From assembly GCA_964647565.1 (NCBI GenBank), contig CAZYIM010000011.1, forward strand, positions 1-64,000: a stretch of DNA of 64,000 nucleotides, in the 5' to 3' direction. Shown piece after piece: positions 29,085 to 38,926 of this stretch (the stretch's first letter is position 1; every line of letters starts with the position of its first letter). The notes under the pieces are model-generated. The model saw only the letters and a program-made list of their open reading frames with translations. It was not told the origin of the DNA and ran no database searches. The position numbers and the translations under genes are program-made. This DNA comes from an uncultured Methanosarcinales archaeon (lineage in GTDB: Archaea > Nanobdellota > Nanobdellia > Woesearchaeales > CAZYIM01).

Positions 29085-30017
29085 ATGAGAATCTTAGTGA
29101 CAGGGGGTGCCGGCTTTATCGGAAGCCATATTGTTGATCTTCTTATTGAGAATAATCATGATGTTGTTGTAGTTGACAATCTGTCTACAGGACAAGTTGA
29201 GAACATCAACCAGAATGCCCAGTTCCACGAAGACAACATCAACGCAAACCTTTCTAAGATTTTCGAAAGCCACAAGCCTGACATGGTCATCCACACCGCA
29301 GCCCAGATCAATGTACGGGCTTCAGTCAGCGATCCGCAGATGGATGCCAGCATCAACATCTTAGGAACCCTGAACATTCTGGAGCTATGCAAAAGATTCG
29401 AGGTCAAGAAATTCATATTCACTTCAACTGGAGGCGCCATCTATGGAGATGATGTTGAGATACCGACAAACGAGACAGCCAAGGAAGAACCCATCTCACC
29501 ATATGGCATAGCAAAACTCACAGTTGAAAAATACCTACATTATTACAGCAAGATTCACAAGCTAGATTCTGTCTGCCTAAGACTGGCCAATGTCTACGGC
29601 CCAAGACAGAATGCAGAAGGTGAAGCAGGTGTTGTTGCCATCTTCACAACTATGCTATTGAAAAGCAAACATCCAACTATCAATGGCAACGGCAAACAGA
29701 CCAGGGACTATGTCTTTGTCAAGGATGTGGCCAAGGCAGCCTTGCAGGCAGTTCAAACACCTGTAACAGGAATCTTCAACATAGGCACATCAGTTGAGAC
29801 AGATGTCAACCAGCTTTTCAACAAACTTGTAAGCCTAACCAAAACCAATTTTGAGGAAAAACATGGCCAGGCAATGCAGGGAGAACAGATGAGATCCTGC
29901 CTCAGCTTTGAAAAGGCCCAGGAACAACTCAACTGGAAACCCGATTACGACCTGGACAAAGGCCTTCAAGAAACAGTTGATTTCTTCAAAGACAATGAAA
30001 AAGATAAAAACAACTAG
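29085..30017 (+). CDS. UDP-glucose 4-epimerase-like SDR
   Basis: TGGAGFIG, AAQI.VR.S, STGGAIYG, YGIAK and NVYGPRQ motifs. Confidence 0.9.
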   Translation: MRILVTGGAGFIGSHIVDLLIENNHDVVVVDNLSTGQVENINQNAQFHEDNINANLSKIFESHKPDMVIHTAAQINVRASVSDPQMDASINILGTLNILELCKRFEVKKFIFTSTGGAIYGDDVEIPTNETAKEEPISPYGIAKLTVEKYLHYYSKIHKLDSVCLRLANVYGPRQNAEGEAGVVAIFTTMLLKSKHPTINGNGKQTRDYVFVKDVAKAALQAVQTPVTGIFNIGTSVETDVNQLFNKLVSLTKTNFEEKHGQAMQGEQMRSCLSFEKAQEQLNWKPDYDLDKGLQETVDFFKDNEKDKNN

Positions 30018-31059
30018 TTTTGCTGCGAGGGAACCTATTGTTCCTCTTTTCTGGCATGACCTTACTGATTTTGCATTAGGAGACTATGCAGTATTAATAG
30101 AGCAACCAATTTCAGAATACTACTATCTGAACAACAGCAGTCAAAAGGACGCAGAAAAAGGATTTAAGGATTACAGCAATAAGACCCATGTCCATGAAGT
30201 GATGAAGAAATATCAAAAAGCTCATAAAGCTATGAAAGATCTGAAGAGACAACTATTCAGTATCTATTTCAAGGCAATTTTCAATATAGGCATGGTAAAA
30301 AGCTGGGGAAAACTCACTAGTCTTGTAACTCTACTTACCAAGACCTACAAGTATACAGAGCCTGCAAGATTTGAAAAGATAGAAAAAAGCAAGAAAACAG
30401 CAGACCTGGACTATGCAATAAAAGAACTCTCAAAATGCCGTTTCAATCTAAAGGAGAGCTTCTTGAAACTAGAACCCTCAATAAAACCCTTATTTGCCAT
30501 CATCGCACTTAGATTCAAGATAAAAAAAGATGAATTCCTAGTACTCAACAATCAAGAAATGCTTGACATCTTCAGGACAAGAAAAAAACCTGAACCAAGC
30601 ATCCTGAAAATCAGGAAAAAAGGATACGCTATACTGAAACTAGACAATAAGAAAACCTACCTGACTGGAAAAGAATACTTCCAATTGAAAAAAGATATAA
30701 CAGCATTAACAGTTGACAAGCAAGCCAAGATAATCAAAGGTATGGGCATAACCAAGGGCAAAGTCAAAGGCCGTGTAAAGATACTCATAGACTACAGACA
30801 GGAACTTAAATCATACATAAAAAACTTCAAGCAAGGTGACATAATCGTCACTGGCATGACCCAGCCAGACATCACCATTTTATTATCAAAAGCAGCAGCC
30901 ATCGTCACAGAAGAGGGAGGCATCACCAGCCATGCAGCTATTATCTCAAGAGAATCCAACACGCCCTGCATCATAGGAGCAGGACCAGTTACAAAAATTC
31001 TGAAAGATAACGAGCTAATAGAAGTCGACGCAGATAAAGGAGTGATAAGAAGGCTCTAA
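29995..31059 (+). CDS. Protein with C-terminal PEP-utilising enzyme mobile (phospho-His) domain
   Basis: G.VKG.VK, GDIIVT.MT.P and TEEGGITSHAAIISRE...PCI motifs; N-terminus unassigned. Confidence 0.8.
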   Translation: MKKIKTTSFAAREPIVPLFWHDLTDFALGDYAVLIEQPISEYYYLNNSSQKDAEKGFKDYSNKTHVHEVMKKYQKAHKAMKDLKRQLFSIYFKAIFNIGMVKSWGKLTSLVTLLTKTYKYTEPARFEKIEKSKKTADLDYAIKELSKCRFNLKESFLKLEPSIKPLFAIIALRFKIKKDEFLVLNNQEMLDIFRTRKKPEPSILKIRKKGYAILKLDNKKTYLTGKEYFQLKKDITALTVDKQAKIIKGMGITKGKVKGRVKILIDYRQELKSYIKNFKQGDIIVTGMTQPDITILLSKAAAIVTEEGGITSHAAIISRESNTPCIIGAGPVTKILKDNELIEVDADKGVIRRL

Positions 31060-31232
31060 CTCTTCTCCTGCATATCAGGCGGCAAAAGAATAGGTATCCC
31101 GTCCTTTATAGGATAGACATAATCGCATTTCACACACTTCAAACCTTTCTTGTCCTTGGTATACTTTAAATCCGCTTTATCCACAGGACATGCAAGGATA
31201 TCATAGAGCTCTTTTGGAATAGGATCTGTCAT
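31056..31232 (-). CDS. Trm112-like protein
   Basis: LYDILACPVDK...L.C..C...YPIKDGIPILL pattern. Confidence 0.85.
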   Translation of the reverse strand: MTDPIPKELYDILACPVDKADLKYTKDKKGLKCVKCDYVYPIKDGIPILLPPDMQEKS

Positions 31233-31265
31233 AAAAAACAAAGAACATATAGCAATATTTAAGGT

Positions 31266-31529
31266 TTATGTTTTGTAAATCTCATCATGATGAGTGAAGT
31301 TCTTAAAAATAACAGTCTTTTTTTCTTCATCTACTGAAAAGACAAGCACCAAGCTGTCAACACGCACCCGCTTTAGGTGCTGCATCGGTCTTCTCAGATT
31401 CTTGTAATGATGAGGGCTGATAATGATCTCTGCAATTTTCCTATATATCATTACTAACTGCTTTGGATTCTTCCTATTAAGCTTTTGGAAAATCTTGTCT
31501 ATTTTCCTAGTGAGATGAAATTCATACAT
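31266..31529 (-). CDS. RelE/ParE-family toxin
   Basis: PHHYKNLR..M.HLKRV....VLVF...HHDEIY pattern; similar to 13651-13905. Confidence 0.82.
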   Translation of the reverse strand: MYEFHLTRKIDKIFQKLNRKNPKQLVMIYRKIAEIIISPHHYKNLRRPMQHLKRVRVDSLVLVFSVDEEKKTVIFKNFTHHDEIYKT

Positions 31530-31770
31530 CTTTCAGTCCAAAATGTTTCCTAAAGTTTTCAAGGCTGCCTATCTTAACAACAGGCTCCTTTTCAATCTTC
31601 TTCATCTCCTCGATAAATTCTGGCCTCAGTTCAGGCTCTAACAAATCCTCTCCAAACTCAAGGGTCACATACTCAATGGCTGCAGACTTGTCTTTAAGAT
31701 TGTATCTTGCCTTGACTATGTTCAGGATCTGGTTGGCTTCTTTGGAAATGTTTATCATTGCGCTCACCAT
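31522..31770 (-). CDS. Putative antitoxin (DUF2683-like)
   Basis: N.ILNIVKA.Y.LKDKS.AI and EPELRPEF motifs; overlaps the RelE gene. Confidence 0.72.
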   Translation of the reverse strand: MVSAMINISKEANQILNIVKARYNLKDKSAAIEYVTLEFGEDLLEPELRPEFIEEMKKIEKEPVVKIGSLENFRKHFGLKDV

Positions 31771-31921
31771 ATATATCACCTATATAAGGTGTATATACCA
31801 AATATATAAAGTTATCGTTAAAATATCCACAAACAATCTCCTTAATAAAATCTTTTCAAGAATTTTCGGAAAAATCACAGATAATAAAATATATAAACAA
31901 CCCAATCAAATAAGCTATATC

Positions 31922-32626
31922 ATGAACCAAGAAAATCCACAACCCAATCCTTACGGCCAACAACAACCACAACAACAACCAACGCAACCACAACCCAACT
32001 ACGCACAGCCGCCAACTGAACAAAAAACTAACACAATGGCCGTAGTCGGCTTTATTTTAGCATTCTTTCTTTCTCTTGTCGGGCTCATACTTTCAATAGT
32101 AGGTCTGATGCAGATAAAAAAAGACCCTGCCAAATACAAAGGCAAGGGCCTGGCAGTAGCAGGAATTATCATCGGCGCAATAGGTACAGTCATCCTTCCT
32201 CTCTTGGTATTCATGGGCAGCATGGCTTATTTTGGAGTGCTGTCACCTCAAGAATTTATACCCAACAGATGTGTGATTTCATCAGGATTTATGTGTTCAG
32301 ATCATCAAATCAGTGCCAGCGAAAATTCAATAAGCTTGCTCTTGACCAATTACCAGGGAACAACAATCGAATTGTTAGGTATAGAAGATTCTTTAACCGA
32401 AGGTGACTGTAAAAGTCCAAGCATGCTAGCTTGTACAGGAACTGGATGTACGCCAACAACCCTTCCTTTGACAATAGAAAACTACAATCACGCAACTGTT
32501 AATGTGATCTGCCAAAACAACCTAGATGCTGGCAAAGTCAAAACAGATATAGGAATCAAATATAAGGGATTAGATACAGGACTTGAGATGCAGGCAGGAG
32601 TATCCATTTACGGTGAAGCAACATGA
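31922..32626 (+). CDS. DUF4190 membrane protein fused to a Cys-rich pilin-like ectodomain
   Basis: Q/P-rich N-terminus; TNTMA..GFIL...GL.QIKK....GKGLA.AGIIIG; then AYFGVLSP...P.RC....GF.C. Confidence 0.65.
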   Translation: MNQENPQPNPYGQQQPQQQPTQPQPNYAQPPTEQKTNTMAVVGFILAFFLSLVGLILSIVGLMQIKKDPAKYKGKGLAVAGIIIGAIGTVILPLLVFMGSMAYFGVLSPQEFIPNRCVISSGFMCSDHQISASENSISLLLTNYQGTTIELLGIEDSLTEGDCKSPSMLACTGTGCTPTTLPLTIENYNHATVNVICQNNLDAGKVKTDIGIKYKGLDTGLEMQAGVSIYGEAT

Positions 32627-32898
32627 GCCCAGACAACATCCCAAGGCCTGCACCCCCTGTTGAACCGCAGACCAACACGCTAGCGTTAGTAGGCTTCATC
32701 CTTTCATTTCTGATGGCACCTGTCGGAGTTGTCTTAAGCATAGTGGGATTGACTCAGATCAAGAAGGAACCATTGAGATACAAGGGAAAGGAATTGGCGA
32801 TTGCAGGAATAATAATCGGCGGAATTATAACATGCTTGCCGATCATATTCCTCATATTAGGCCTTGTCCTTGCAGGTCTCAGAGGAACAGTAGCATAA
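32623..32898 (+). CDS. DUF4190 small membrane protein
   Basis: Paralogue of the N-terminal half of the preceding gene. Confidence 0.72.
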   Translation: MSPDNIPRPAPPVEPQTNTLALVGFILSFLMAPVGVVLSIVGLTQIKKEPLRYKGKELAIAGIIIGGIITCLPIIFLILGLVLAGLRGTVA

Positions 32899-32930
32899 GT
32901 TTTATATACTCTTTTTCTTTTTTTATCTTC

Positions 32931-33332
32931 ATGCCCTTTAGAAGAATCACTATAATTAGGACCAGAAGGCCAAGAGAACCTAATATCAATGAGGAACTCC
33001 AATGGCTCGGAGGCACTTTAGGCCTCTTTAACTTAAGAGATAAGGACAAGAGCTGCTTTCGCATCTTTATCACTCTATTAAGAAATGTCAAGAATGAAAT
33101 GGGCCTTTCTTCAGACCAGATTGCAGAACAGCTCAACCTAACAAGAGGCACAGTGGTCCACCATCTTGATAAACTGATGAGCTCAGGCATTGTCCTTCAC
33201 GACAGGAATAGATATATCCTTTCTGTAGAAAACCTTGAACAGTTGGTCGATGGAGTAGAAACCAATGTAAAAAAGACCCTTAGCGAACTTAGGGATATCG
33301 CCAAGGATGTAGACGACAAGCTGAATCTATAG
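32931..33332 (+). CDS. Winged HTH transcriptional regulator
   Basis: LSSDQIAEQLNLTRGTVVHHLDKL..SGIV motif. Confidence 0.8.
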   Translation: MPFRRITIIRTRRPREPNINEELQWLGGTLGLFNLRDKDKSCFRIFITLLRNVKNEMGLSSDQIAEQLNLTRGTVVHHLDKLMSSGIVLHDRNRYILSVENLEQLVDGVETNVKKTLSELRDIAKDVDDKLNL

Positions 33333-34370
33333 ATGTTCTTCAAATATCTCCAATAAAGCTTTTGTTCCTGCTAAACCTACACCCATATGCCCAATCCTAA
33401 AGGTTTTCTGTTTAAGATCGCCATAACCATTAGCAACCAGGATGCCATGCTCCTTCAAGTCATCTATTAGCATTGTCACATTGATGCGAGGAGTATTCTC
33501 AACAACAGTGACTGTCTTTGACTTGTGTTCTTCATCAATAAACATCTTAAAGCCCTTTTTCCTGAAAAACATCCTTACTGCTTCAGTATTCTTATTATGC
33601 GCTTCGATAAAATCATTCACACCTCTGATCTCAATTTGCTCAAGTCGTTTTCTCAATGCAAAAAGCAAGGGAATATTCGGAGTGGTTAAAGTGAAGCCCT
33701 GATCTGCCTTTTTCTTGAGCTTGATGAAGTCAAAATAAAATCCTTTATTCATTACAACTCGTGCCTTTTTCAACGCATTAACATCTACAATAGCAATTGC
33801 AAGACCTGGTGGAAGGGCAAGGGCTTTTTGCGTGCCAAAAACAAGCACATCAATACCATTAAAATCTATAGGTGTGCCAAATGCTGCAGTAACCGCATCA
33901 ACCAATAATAATGTATTGGGTAATCTCTCCAGAATTTTTTTCAACGGTTCAAGATCATTTTCAATCCCAGTTGCAGTGTCATTCATCACAACAGTCACTG
34001 CTTCATACCCTTTTTGAAGCTCTTCACAAATAAGAGCATAGTCATAAGGATTACCATCACCAAAATCCATAAGATTAGCATTTTTCCCATTTCCCTTTGC
34101 AATCTCAAACCACCGCCTTCCAAAGGCACCATTTGCAATACAAAGCACCTTTTCCTGGACACAGTTCCTTATGGCTGCCTCCATGGCCCCTGTTGCAGAA
34201 CCAGTGATCAAGAAGATATCATTATCGATCTTTAAAAGTCGCTTTAGTCTTTCAACAATCTCATCATGAAGCTGCCTGAACTCCCCTGTCCTATGACCTA
34301 TCATCGGATTGGTCATTTCCTTAAGGACATCCTGTTCAACATCAACAGGCCCTGGTATGAAAAGCTTCAT
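33327..34370 (-). CDS. Class V PLP aminotransferase (serine-pyruvate/phosphoserine aminotransferase-like)
   Basis: IPGPV, GHR, GSATGAME, VDAV, TQKALALPPG and FRIGHMG motifs. Confidence 0.88.
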   Translation of the reverse strand: MKLFIPGPVDVEQDVLKEMTNPMIGHRTGEFRQLHDEIVERLKRLLKIDNDIFLITGSATGAMEAAIRNCVQEKVLCIANGAFGRRWFEIAKGNGKNANLMDFGDGNPYDYALICEELQKGYEAVTVVMNDTATGIENDLEPLKKILERLPNTLLLVDAVTAAFGTPIDFNGIDVLVFGTQKALALPPGLAIAIVDVNALKKARVVMNKGFYFDFIKLKKKADQGFTLTTPNIPLLFALRKRLEQIEIRGVNDFIEAHNKNTEAVRMFFRKKGFKMFIDEEHKSKTVTVVENTPRINVTMLIDDLKEHGILVANGYGDLKQKTFRIGHMGVGLAGTKALLEIFEEHL

Positions 34371-35281
34371 CTGGCCATCACCTCTAAGGGTTGCTCCAGT
34401 CCCATATGTTCAATTATAACTTCAGCAATCCGTTTGGCAGCATTTATTTTCGCTTCAACTGTGTTGCCTGCAATGTGAGGAGTGACGATAGCATTTTCAA
34501 GCTGATATAGCTCTGTATATCCAGGCTCATTCTCAAATACATCTAGTATTGCTAATCTTATCCATTTGTTTTTCAGAGCCTTGAGCAAAGCCTGTTCCCT
34601 GACAACCTCTCCCCTTGCAGCATTTATCAGGATTGCATGAGGTTTCATCATCCTCAACTGTGCATCTTCAATCATGAACTTAGTCTCATCTGTTAGTTCT
34701 GGGTGAAGAGTCACAACATCACACATCAATACATCCTGCAATGTATGCCTCGCTTCAGCTACATAAGGATCATATGTTTTGACCTGCATTCCAAAGGCTT
34801 TGGCTCTACGTGCTACTCTCGTACCAACATTACCATATCCAATAATGCCCAAGGTTTTATATCTCAACTCTCGCCTAACATTGGCTTTTTTTATGTTCTT
34901 GAAATCCTGTGTGGCTTTGAGCAGCTTGTTAGTATAGAAAACATCATCTGTCACGATTAAAAGCATCCTCATGACATAGTCAGCAACTGCATCTGCATTC
35001 TCTCCTTTTGCAGTTAAGACCTTAATACCCTTAACTCTTGCAGTTTCGACGTCAATATGATCCATTCCAGTTGTGGCAGTTGCAATTATTTTCAGGTTCT
35101 TAGCCTTTTTTAGAAATAATTTATCCACTTTTGTTGCAGTCCTGATGATCAGGATATCAACTGTTCTTATCAGATCATCTGTCATCTCAGTGGTATCTAC
35201 AATATTGACCTCTCCTAATAAAGCAAGAGTTTTGGCTGCTATCTCGTGCACGGTCCTATCTATAACTATGCTCAGTCTCAT
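34367..35281 (-). CDS. D-isomer 2-hydroxyacid dehydrogenase (SerA-like, no ACT domain)
   Basis: G.DHID, GIIGYGNVG, INAARG, LDVFENEP and TPHIAG motifs. Confidence 0.85.
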   Translation of the reverse strand: MRLSIVIDRTVHEIAAKTLALLGEVNIVDTTEMTDDLIRTVDILIIRTATKVDKLFLKKAKNLKIIATATTGMDHIDVETARVKGIKVLTAKGENADAVADYVMRMLLIVTDDVFYTNKLLKATQDFKNIKKANVRRELRYKTLGIIGYGNVGTRVARRAKAFGMQVKTYDPYVAEARHTLQDVLMCDVVTLHPELTDETKFMIEDAQLRMMKPHAILINAARGEVVREQALLKALKNKWIRLAILDVFENEPGYTELYQLENAIVTPHIAGNTVEAKINAAKRIAEVIIEHMGLEQPLEVMAR

Positions 35282-35436
35282 TTCTTGTCTGTCATAGCCG
35301 ATTAGACCGGCAATCGCCTTTTTTGTTTTTTTGGAGTTTCATTGGTATTCACCTAATAAAAGTAGGAAAAATAACTATTAAAATATTTTGACATAAAATA
35401 GTAAATTATATAAAGAAAGACCAATTTAACTAAAAA

Positions 35437-36087
35437 ATGACTAATATTAATAAAGTAACCTGGGAATACATAGACAACAGGACCGAGATAAAGAAAACCC
35501 TGCTCAGCGGGCTGATAAACATCAGCGCCTTAGCCAGACAGATTGCAAAAGAAAAAAATCTACTATCAAACATAGACGCCATAATCAGCGCCATAAGGAG
35601 ATATGAAAGCAAGATAGACAAAAAAGAATACTACACTAAACTCTATAGCCTATTAAAGAAAGCCAAGATCTCGACCAAGACCAAGCTCGCATCCATCCTG
35701 ATCAAGAGAAACGACCAGACCGGAAAAAAGGCCAGCACCATCTACTCAAAAGTCGCCATGCATAGGGACAGCACTCTCAGGATCTTCGAGGTCACTAACT
35801 ACATCAAGATCATAATGGACGACCAATATTTCAAGGAGATCAAGAGTTTTTTTAGCGCCAACGAGATAGAAAATGAAGAAAAAAACCTCGGCGAATTGAC
35901 CATCAATTACAGGGACGATATCACAAGAATCCCTGGCTTGTTTGCCACACTCTCAAATGAGATGGCCATGAACGATATCAGCCTTATAGACTCAATGATC
36001 TGTCATTGGGAGCACATAATAATAGTCCAGGAGGAGAATATAGAAAAAGCCTTCAAAGTGATATTAAACCTGACAAAAAAAACATAA
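35437..36087 (+). CDS. Archaeal ACT-domain putative regulator
   Basis: LIN.SALAR N-terminal motif; C-terminal ACT-like IPGLFA.L...; divergent from the serA-like operon. Confidence 0.65.
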   Translation: MTNINKVTWEYIDNRTEIKKTLLSGLINISALARQIAKEKNLLSNIDAIISAIRRYESKIDKKEYYTKLYSLLKKAKISTKTKLASILIKRNDQTGKKASTIYSKVAMHRDSTLRIFEVTNYIKIIMDDQYFKEIKSFFSANEIENEEKNLGELTINYRDDITRIPGLFATLSNEMAMNDISLIDSMICHWEHIIIVQEENIEKAFKVILNLTKKT

Positions 36088-36100
36088 AAAAAGAAAAAAA

Positions 36101-37342
36101 TTATTCCTCTTCACCATCAAGAGGAACATCATAACCTGTGAACTCAGGACTTCCAAGCTCTCCAGCATCATTTCTTAAGGCATCAGCCTTGTCAGTCTTC
36201 TCCCAATTGAAATCAGGATCATTTCTGCCAAAGTGGCCAAATGCTGCAGTTTTTCTGAATATAGGCCTCCTCAAATCAAGATGCCTGATGATTTCAGCAG
36301 GTTTTAAGGGGAAATGCTTTCTGACCAATTTCTCAATCTCGTTTTCAGGTATCCTATTAGTACCGAAAGTGTGCACCAAAACTGAAACAGGTTTTGCCAC
36401 TCCAATTGCATAAGCAAGCTGTACCTCACATTTGTCAGCTAACTTTGCAGCAACAATATTCTTGGCAACATACCTGCACATATAGGATGCAGACCTGTCC
36501 ACCTTTGACGGATCCTTACCTGAAAATGCACCACCACCATGGCTTCCATGGCCGCCATAAGTGTCTACGATGATCTTCCTGCCTGTAACGCCTGCATCAG
36601 CAACAGGACCTCCAAGCACAAACTTGCCGGTAGCATTGATATAGAACTTGGTATTCTTATCAATCCACTTACCACAGATTGGTTTGATAACATGCTTTAA
36701 TATCTCTTTTTGAAGCGTCTTATGCTGCACTCTTGGTGAATGCTGGGCAGCAATGACCACTGCCTCAACCCTGACTGGCCTGCCATTTCGGTACTCAACT
36801 GTGACCTGGCTCTTGCCATCTGGTCTCAGAAATGGAAGTATCCTCTTTCTTCGGACCAAAGAGAGCTTATGCACCAGTTTATGTGCCAATACAATCGGCA
36901 ATGGCATAAGCTCAGGGGTCTCGTTACTTGCAAAACCAAACATGATTCCCTGGTCTCCTGCACCCTGCTCTTTGAAAAGGCCTGCACCGGCTGTAACTCC
37001 TTGAGAGATGTCAGGACTCTGCTCGCTAATTGCATTTAGCACACCACAACCATCACAATCAAAGCCAAAGTCTGGATCGTTATAACCTATGTGGTTTATT
37101 GTGTCCCTGACAACCTTTTGGATATCTATGTATGTCTTGGTTGTCATTTCACCAGCTACCACTACAAATCCTGTCTTGGTCAGGGTTTCGATAGCGACCC
37201 TACTTTCAGGATCCTCCCTGAGCGCTGCGTCTAGAATGGCGTCGCTGATCTGATCGCACATCTTATCTGGGTGACCTTCTGTCACGCTTTCTGAACTGAA
37301 AAAATATTTACCTTCTTTCTTCATTTGTTCCACCTCGTTCAT
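36101..37342 (-). CDS. metK: S-adenosylmethionine synthetase (bacterial/eukaryotic type)
   Basis: [37 protein letters not shown] and [16 protein letters not shown] motifs. Confidence 0.96.
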   Translation of the reverse strand: MNEVEQMKKEGKYFFSSESVTEGHPDKMCDQISDAILDAALREDPESRVAIETLTKTGFVVVAGEMTTKTYIDIQKVVRDTINHIGYNDPDFGFDCDGCGVLNAISEQSPDISQGVTAGAGLFKEQGAGDQGIMFGFASNETPELMPLPIVLAHKLVHKLSLVRRKRILPFLRPDGKSQVTVEYRNGRPVRVEAVVIAAQHSPRVQHKTLQKEILKHVIKPICGKWIDKNTKFYINATGKFVLGGPVADAGVTGRKIIVDTYGGHGSHGGGAFSGKDPSKVDRSASYMCRYVAKNIVAAKLADKCEVQLAYAIGVAKPVSVLVHTFGTNRIPENEIEKLVRKHFPLKPAEIIRHLDLRRPIFRKTAAFGHFGRNDPDFNWEKTDKADALRNDAGELGSPEFTGYDVPLDGEEE

Positions 37343-37362
37343 ATATTATAGAATATCATCTC

Positions 37363-37737
37363 CTAATAACCATGTAAAGAAGTATATGCCATAGATTTTT
37401 TCCTAAAACGCATCAACTGTGCTTGTCCTCGAGATTCCTGTTTTGATTGCTGCCTGTGTTCTGTTAATTTATCACTATATAGCTCGTACACTTGTCTGAT
37501 CTTTGCAGACTCAGGAGTGTTTATATTTGTCAGTCTCCAGGCCAGACGCAGAGTATCTGTAATATATAATAAATCAGCATACCAATTTTCAGATGCACAG
37601 CAATTCTGTGATATACGCTCGACAGTCTGGTCAATAGCCTCTACATTACCAAACAACTTCTCAAACTGATTTGCTTTAAATCCTCTTGAGTTCAATATAA
37701 TGGACTCAAACTCTTGCAAAATGTTGTCAAAACCCAT
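37363..37737 (-). CDS. Hypothetical protein
   Basis: Open frame with a TATA-like box and GGAAGG upstream of ATG 37737; no motif recognised. Confidence 0.5.
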   Translation of the reverse strand: MGFDNILQEFESIILNSRGFKANQFEKLFGNVEAIDQTVERISQNCCASENWYADLLYITDTLRLAWRLTNINTPESAKIRQVYELYSDKLTEHRQQSKQESRGQAQLMRFRKKSMAYTSLHGY

Positions 37738-37810
37738 AGAAAAACATCCTTCCGGCTTATATATAAACCTTCCTGACAAAAATATTCCTATAAGAATTAA
37801 CAGAAAAAAC

Positions 37811-38017
37811 TTATTTCTTTTCAACCACAATAAACTTGTTGTCTTTTGCACCAACAGGTCTTAGATTCTTGACAGTATACTCTTTAACGCCTCGGGATTC
37901 TGCCCATTTATTGGCAGCCTCTTCTGTCTTGAAGCTCTTGGCTCTTTTGGAGCGGTTCCTTCTGGGAAGCTCAAACTTCCATCTGAAAACTCTAGTATGT
38001 TTATGTGTCATAGTCAT
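37811..38017 (-). CDS. Small basic hypothetical protein
   Basis: 68 aa, Lys/Arg-rich, F.TEEAA..WA motif; TTTAAA box about 20 nt upstream. Confidence 0.6.
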   Translation of the reverse strand: MTMTHKHTRVFRWKFELPRRNRSKRAKSFKTEEAANKWAESRGVKEYTVKNLRPVGAKDNKFIVVEKK

Positions 38018-38113
38018 GAGGTTTTAGGATTGGTTTAAAAAGTTTGTGAAATATCTTAGATATTTTTCAACCTCAGAAATCACAGATTTATGCGGGGATT
38101 GTGGAAATAATGC

Positions 38114-38818
38114 CTAAGACTTATCATAGGGTTTGATCAAACCACGAATAAAGAGAGGGATATCCTTTTTCAGGTTGAGGGATGAGTCAGGATCTTCTGT
38201 CCATTTGACAGGAATTTGGGTTATCTTGTAGCCTTGATCCTGAGATCTAATCAGAAGCTCAGTGTCAAAGAAAAAATTACCATGCCTGATCTTGGGCACA
38301 ACATAATCCCTGACATCTTTAGTTACGCCCTTAAAGCCGCATTGAGGATCCTTAATCATGCTGTTATAGAACAATCTGAATAAAAACCTATATCCTCTTG
38401 AAATAAACTCTCTCTTGGCACTCCTTTGCACCTCTGAACTGGGCAGATATCTAGAGCCTATGACTACATCTGCACTAGTCTCTAACTCCCAAATCATCCT
38501 GGGAAATGCCTCAAGATCCGTCGAGAGATCACTGTCCATGAAGGAAAAGAAGTCATAGTCATCAAACATAGCATCTGTCCATGCCCTCATGACAGCATTA
38601 CCTTTACCCCTATGCGCAGCCAATACATAATGGATGCCAGGATAATCCTCTGCAAGCCTCTTGGCTATATCAGGAGTATGGTCCCTGGAATTATTGTCAG
38701 ATATCACGATATCAGCAGCGATACCTGGCTTCTGGAGAAAATCATATGCCTCAAGCACACTTTGTTCCAGACAGAATTCCTCATTTAGTACAGGAAAAAC
38801 CAAGAGGGTTTTGCTCAT
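38114..38818 (-). CDS. Dolichyl-phosphate hexosyltransferase-like GT2
   Basis: PVLNEE, DNNS.D.T, GKG.AV, FMDSDLS, GSRY, DPQCGFK and FDTELL motifs. Confidence 0.88.
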   Translation of the reverse strand: MSKTLLVFPVLNEEFCLEQSVLEAYDFLQKPGIAADIVISDNNSRDHTPDIAKRLAEDYPGIHYVLAAHRGKGNAVMRAWTDAMFDDYDFFSFMDSDLSTDLEAFPRMIWELETSADVVIGSRYLPSSEVQRSAKREFISRGYRFLFRLFYNSMIKDPQCGFKGVTKDVRDYVVPKIRHGNFFFDTELLIRSQDQGYKITQIPVKWTEDPDSSLNLKKDIPLFIRGLIKPYDKS

Positions 38819-38926
38819 ATGTAAAAGAAAGCTCATCAGATATTTAATTCTTCCTGCTTAATAATGGTATAATCATAATAAATTCATATAAGAATATTTA
38901 TATAATAGCAATTATTCCCATTTATC

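Noticed and set aside
31955..32000. CAA-rich tandem repeat
   Set aside because: Explained by the Gln/Pro-rich coding sequence.
38050..38070. GAAATATC-TTA-GATATTTT hairpin as a fourth fold-back element
   Set aside because: Lacks the terminal AAATAGCA repeat and the GGC/GCC closing stem.
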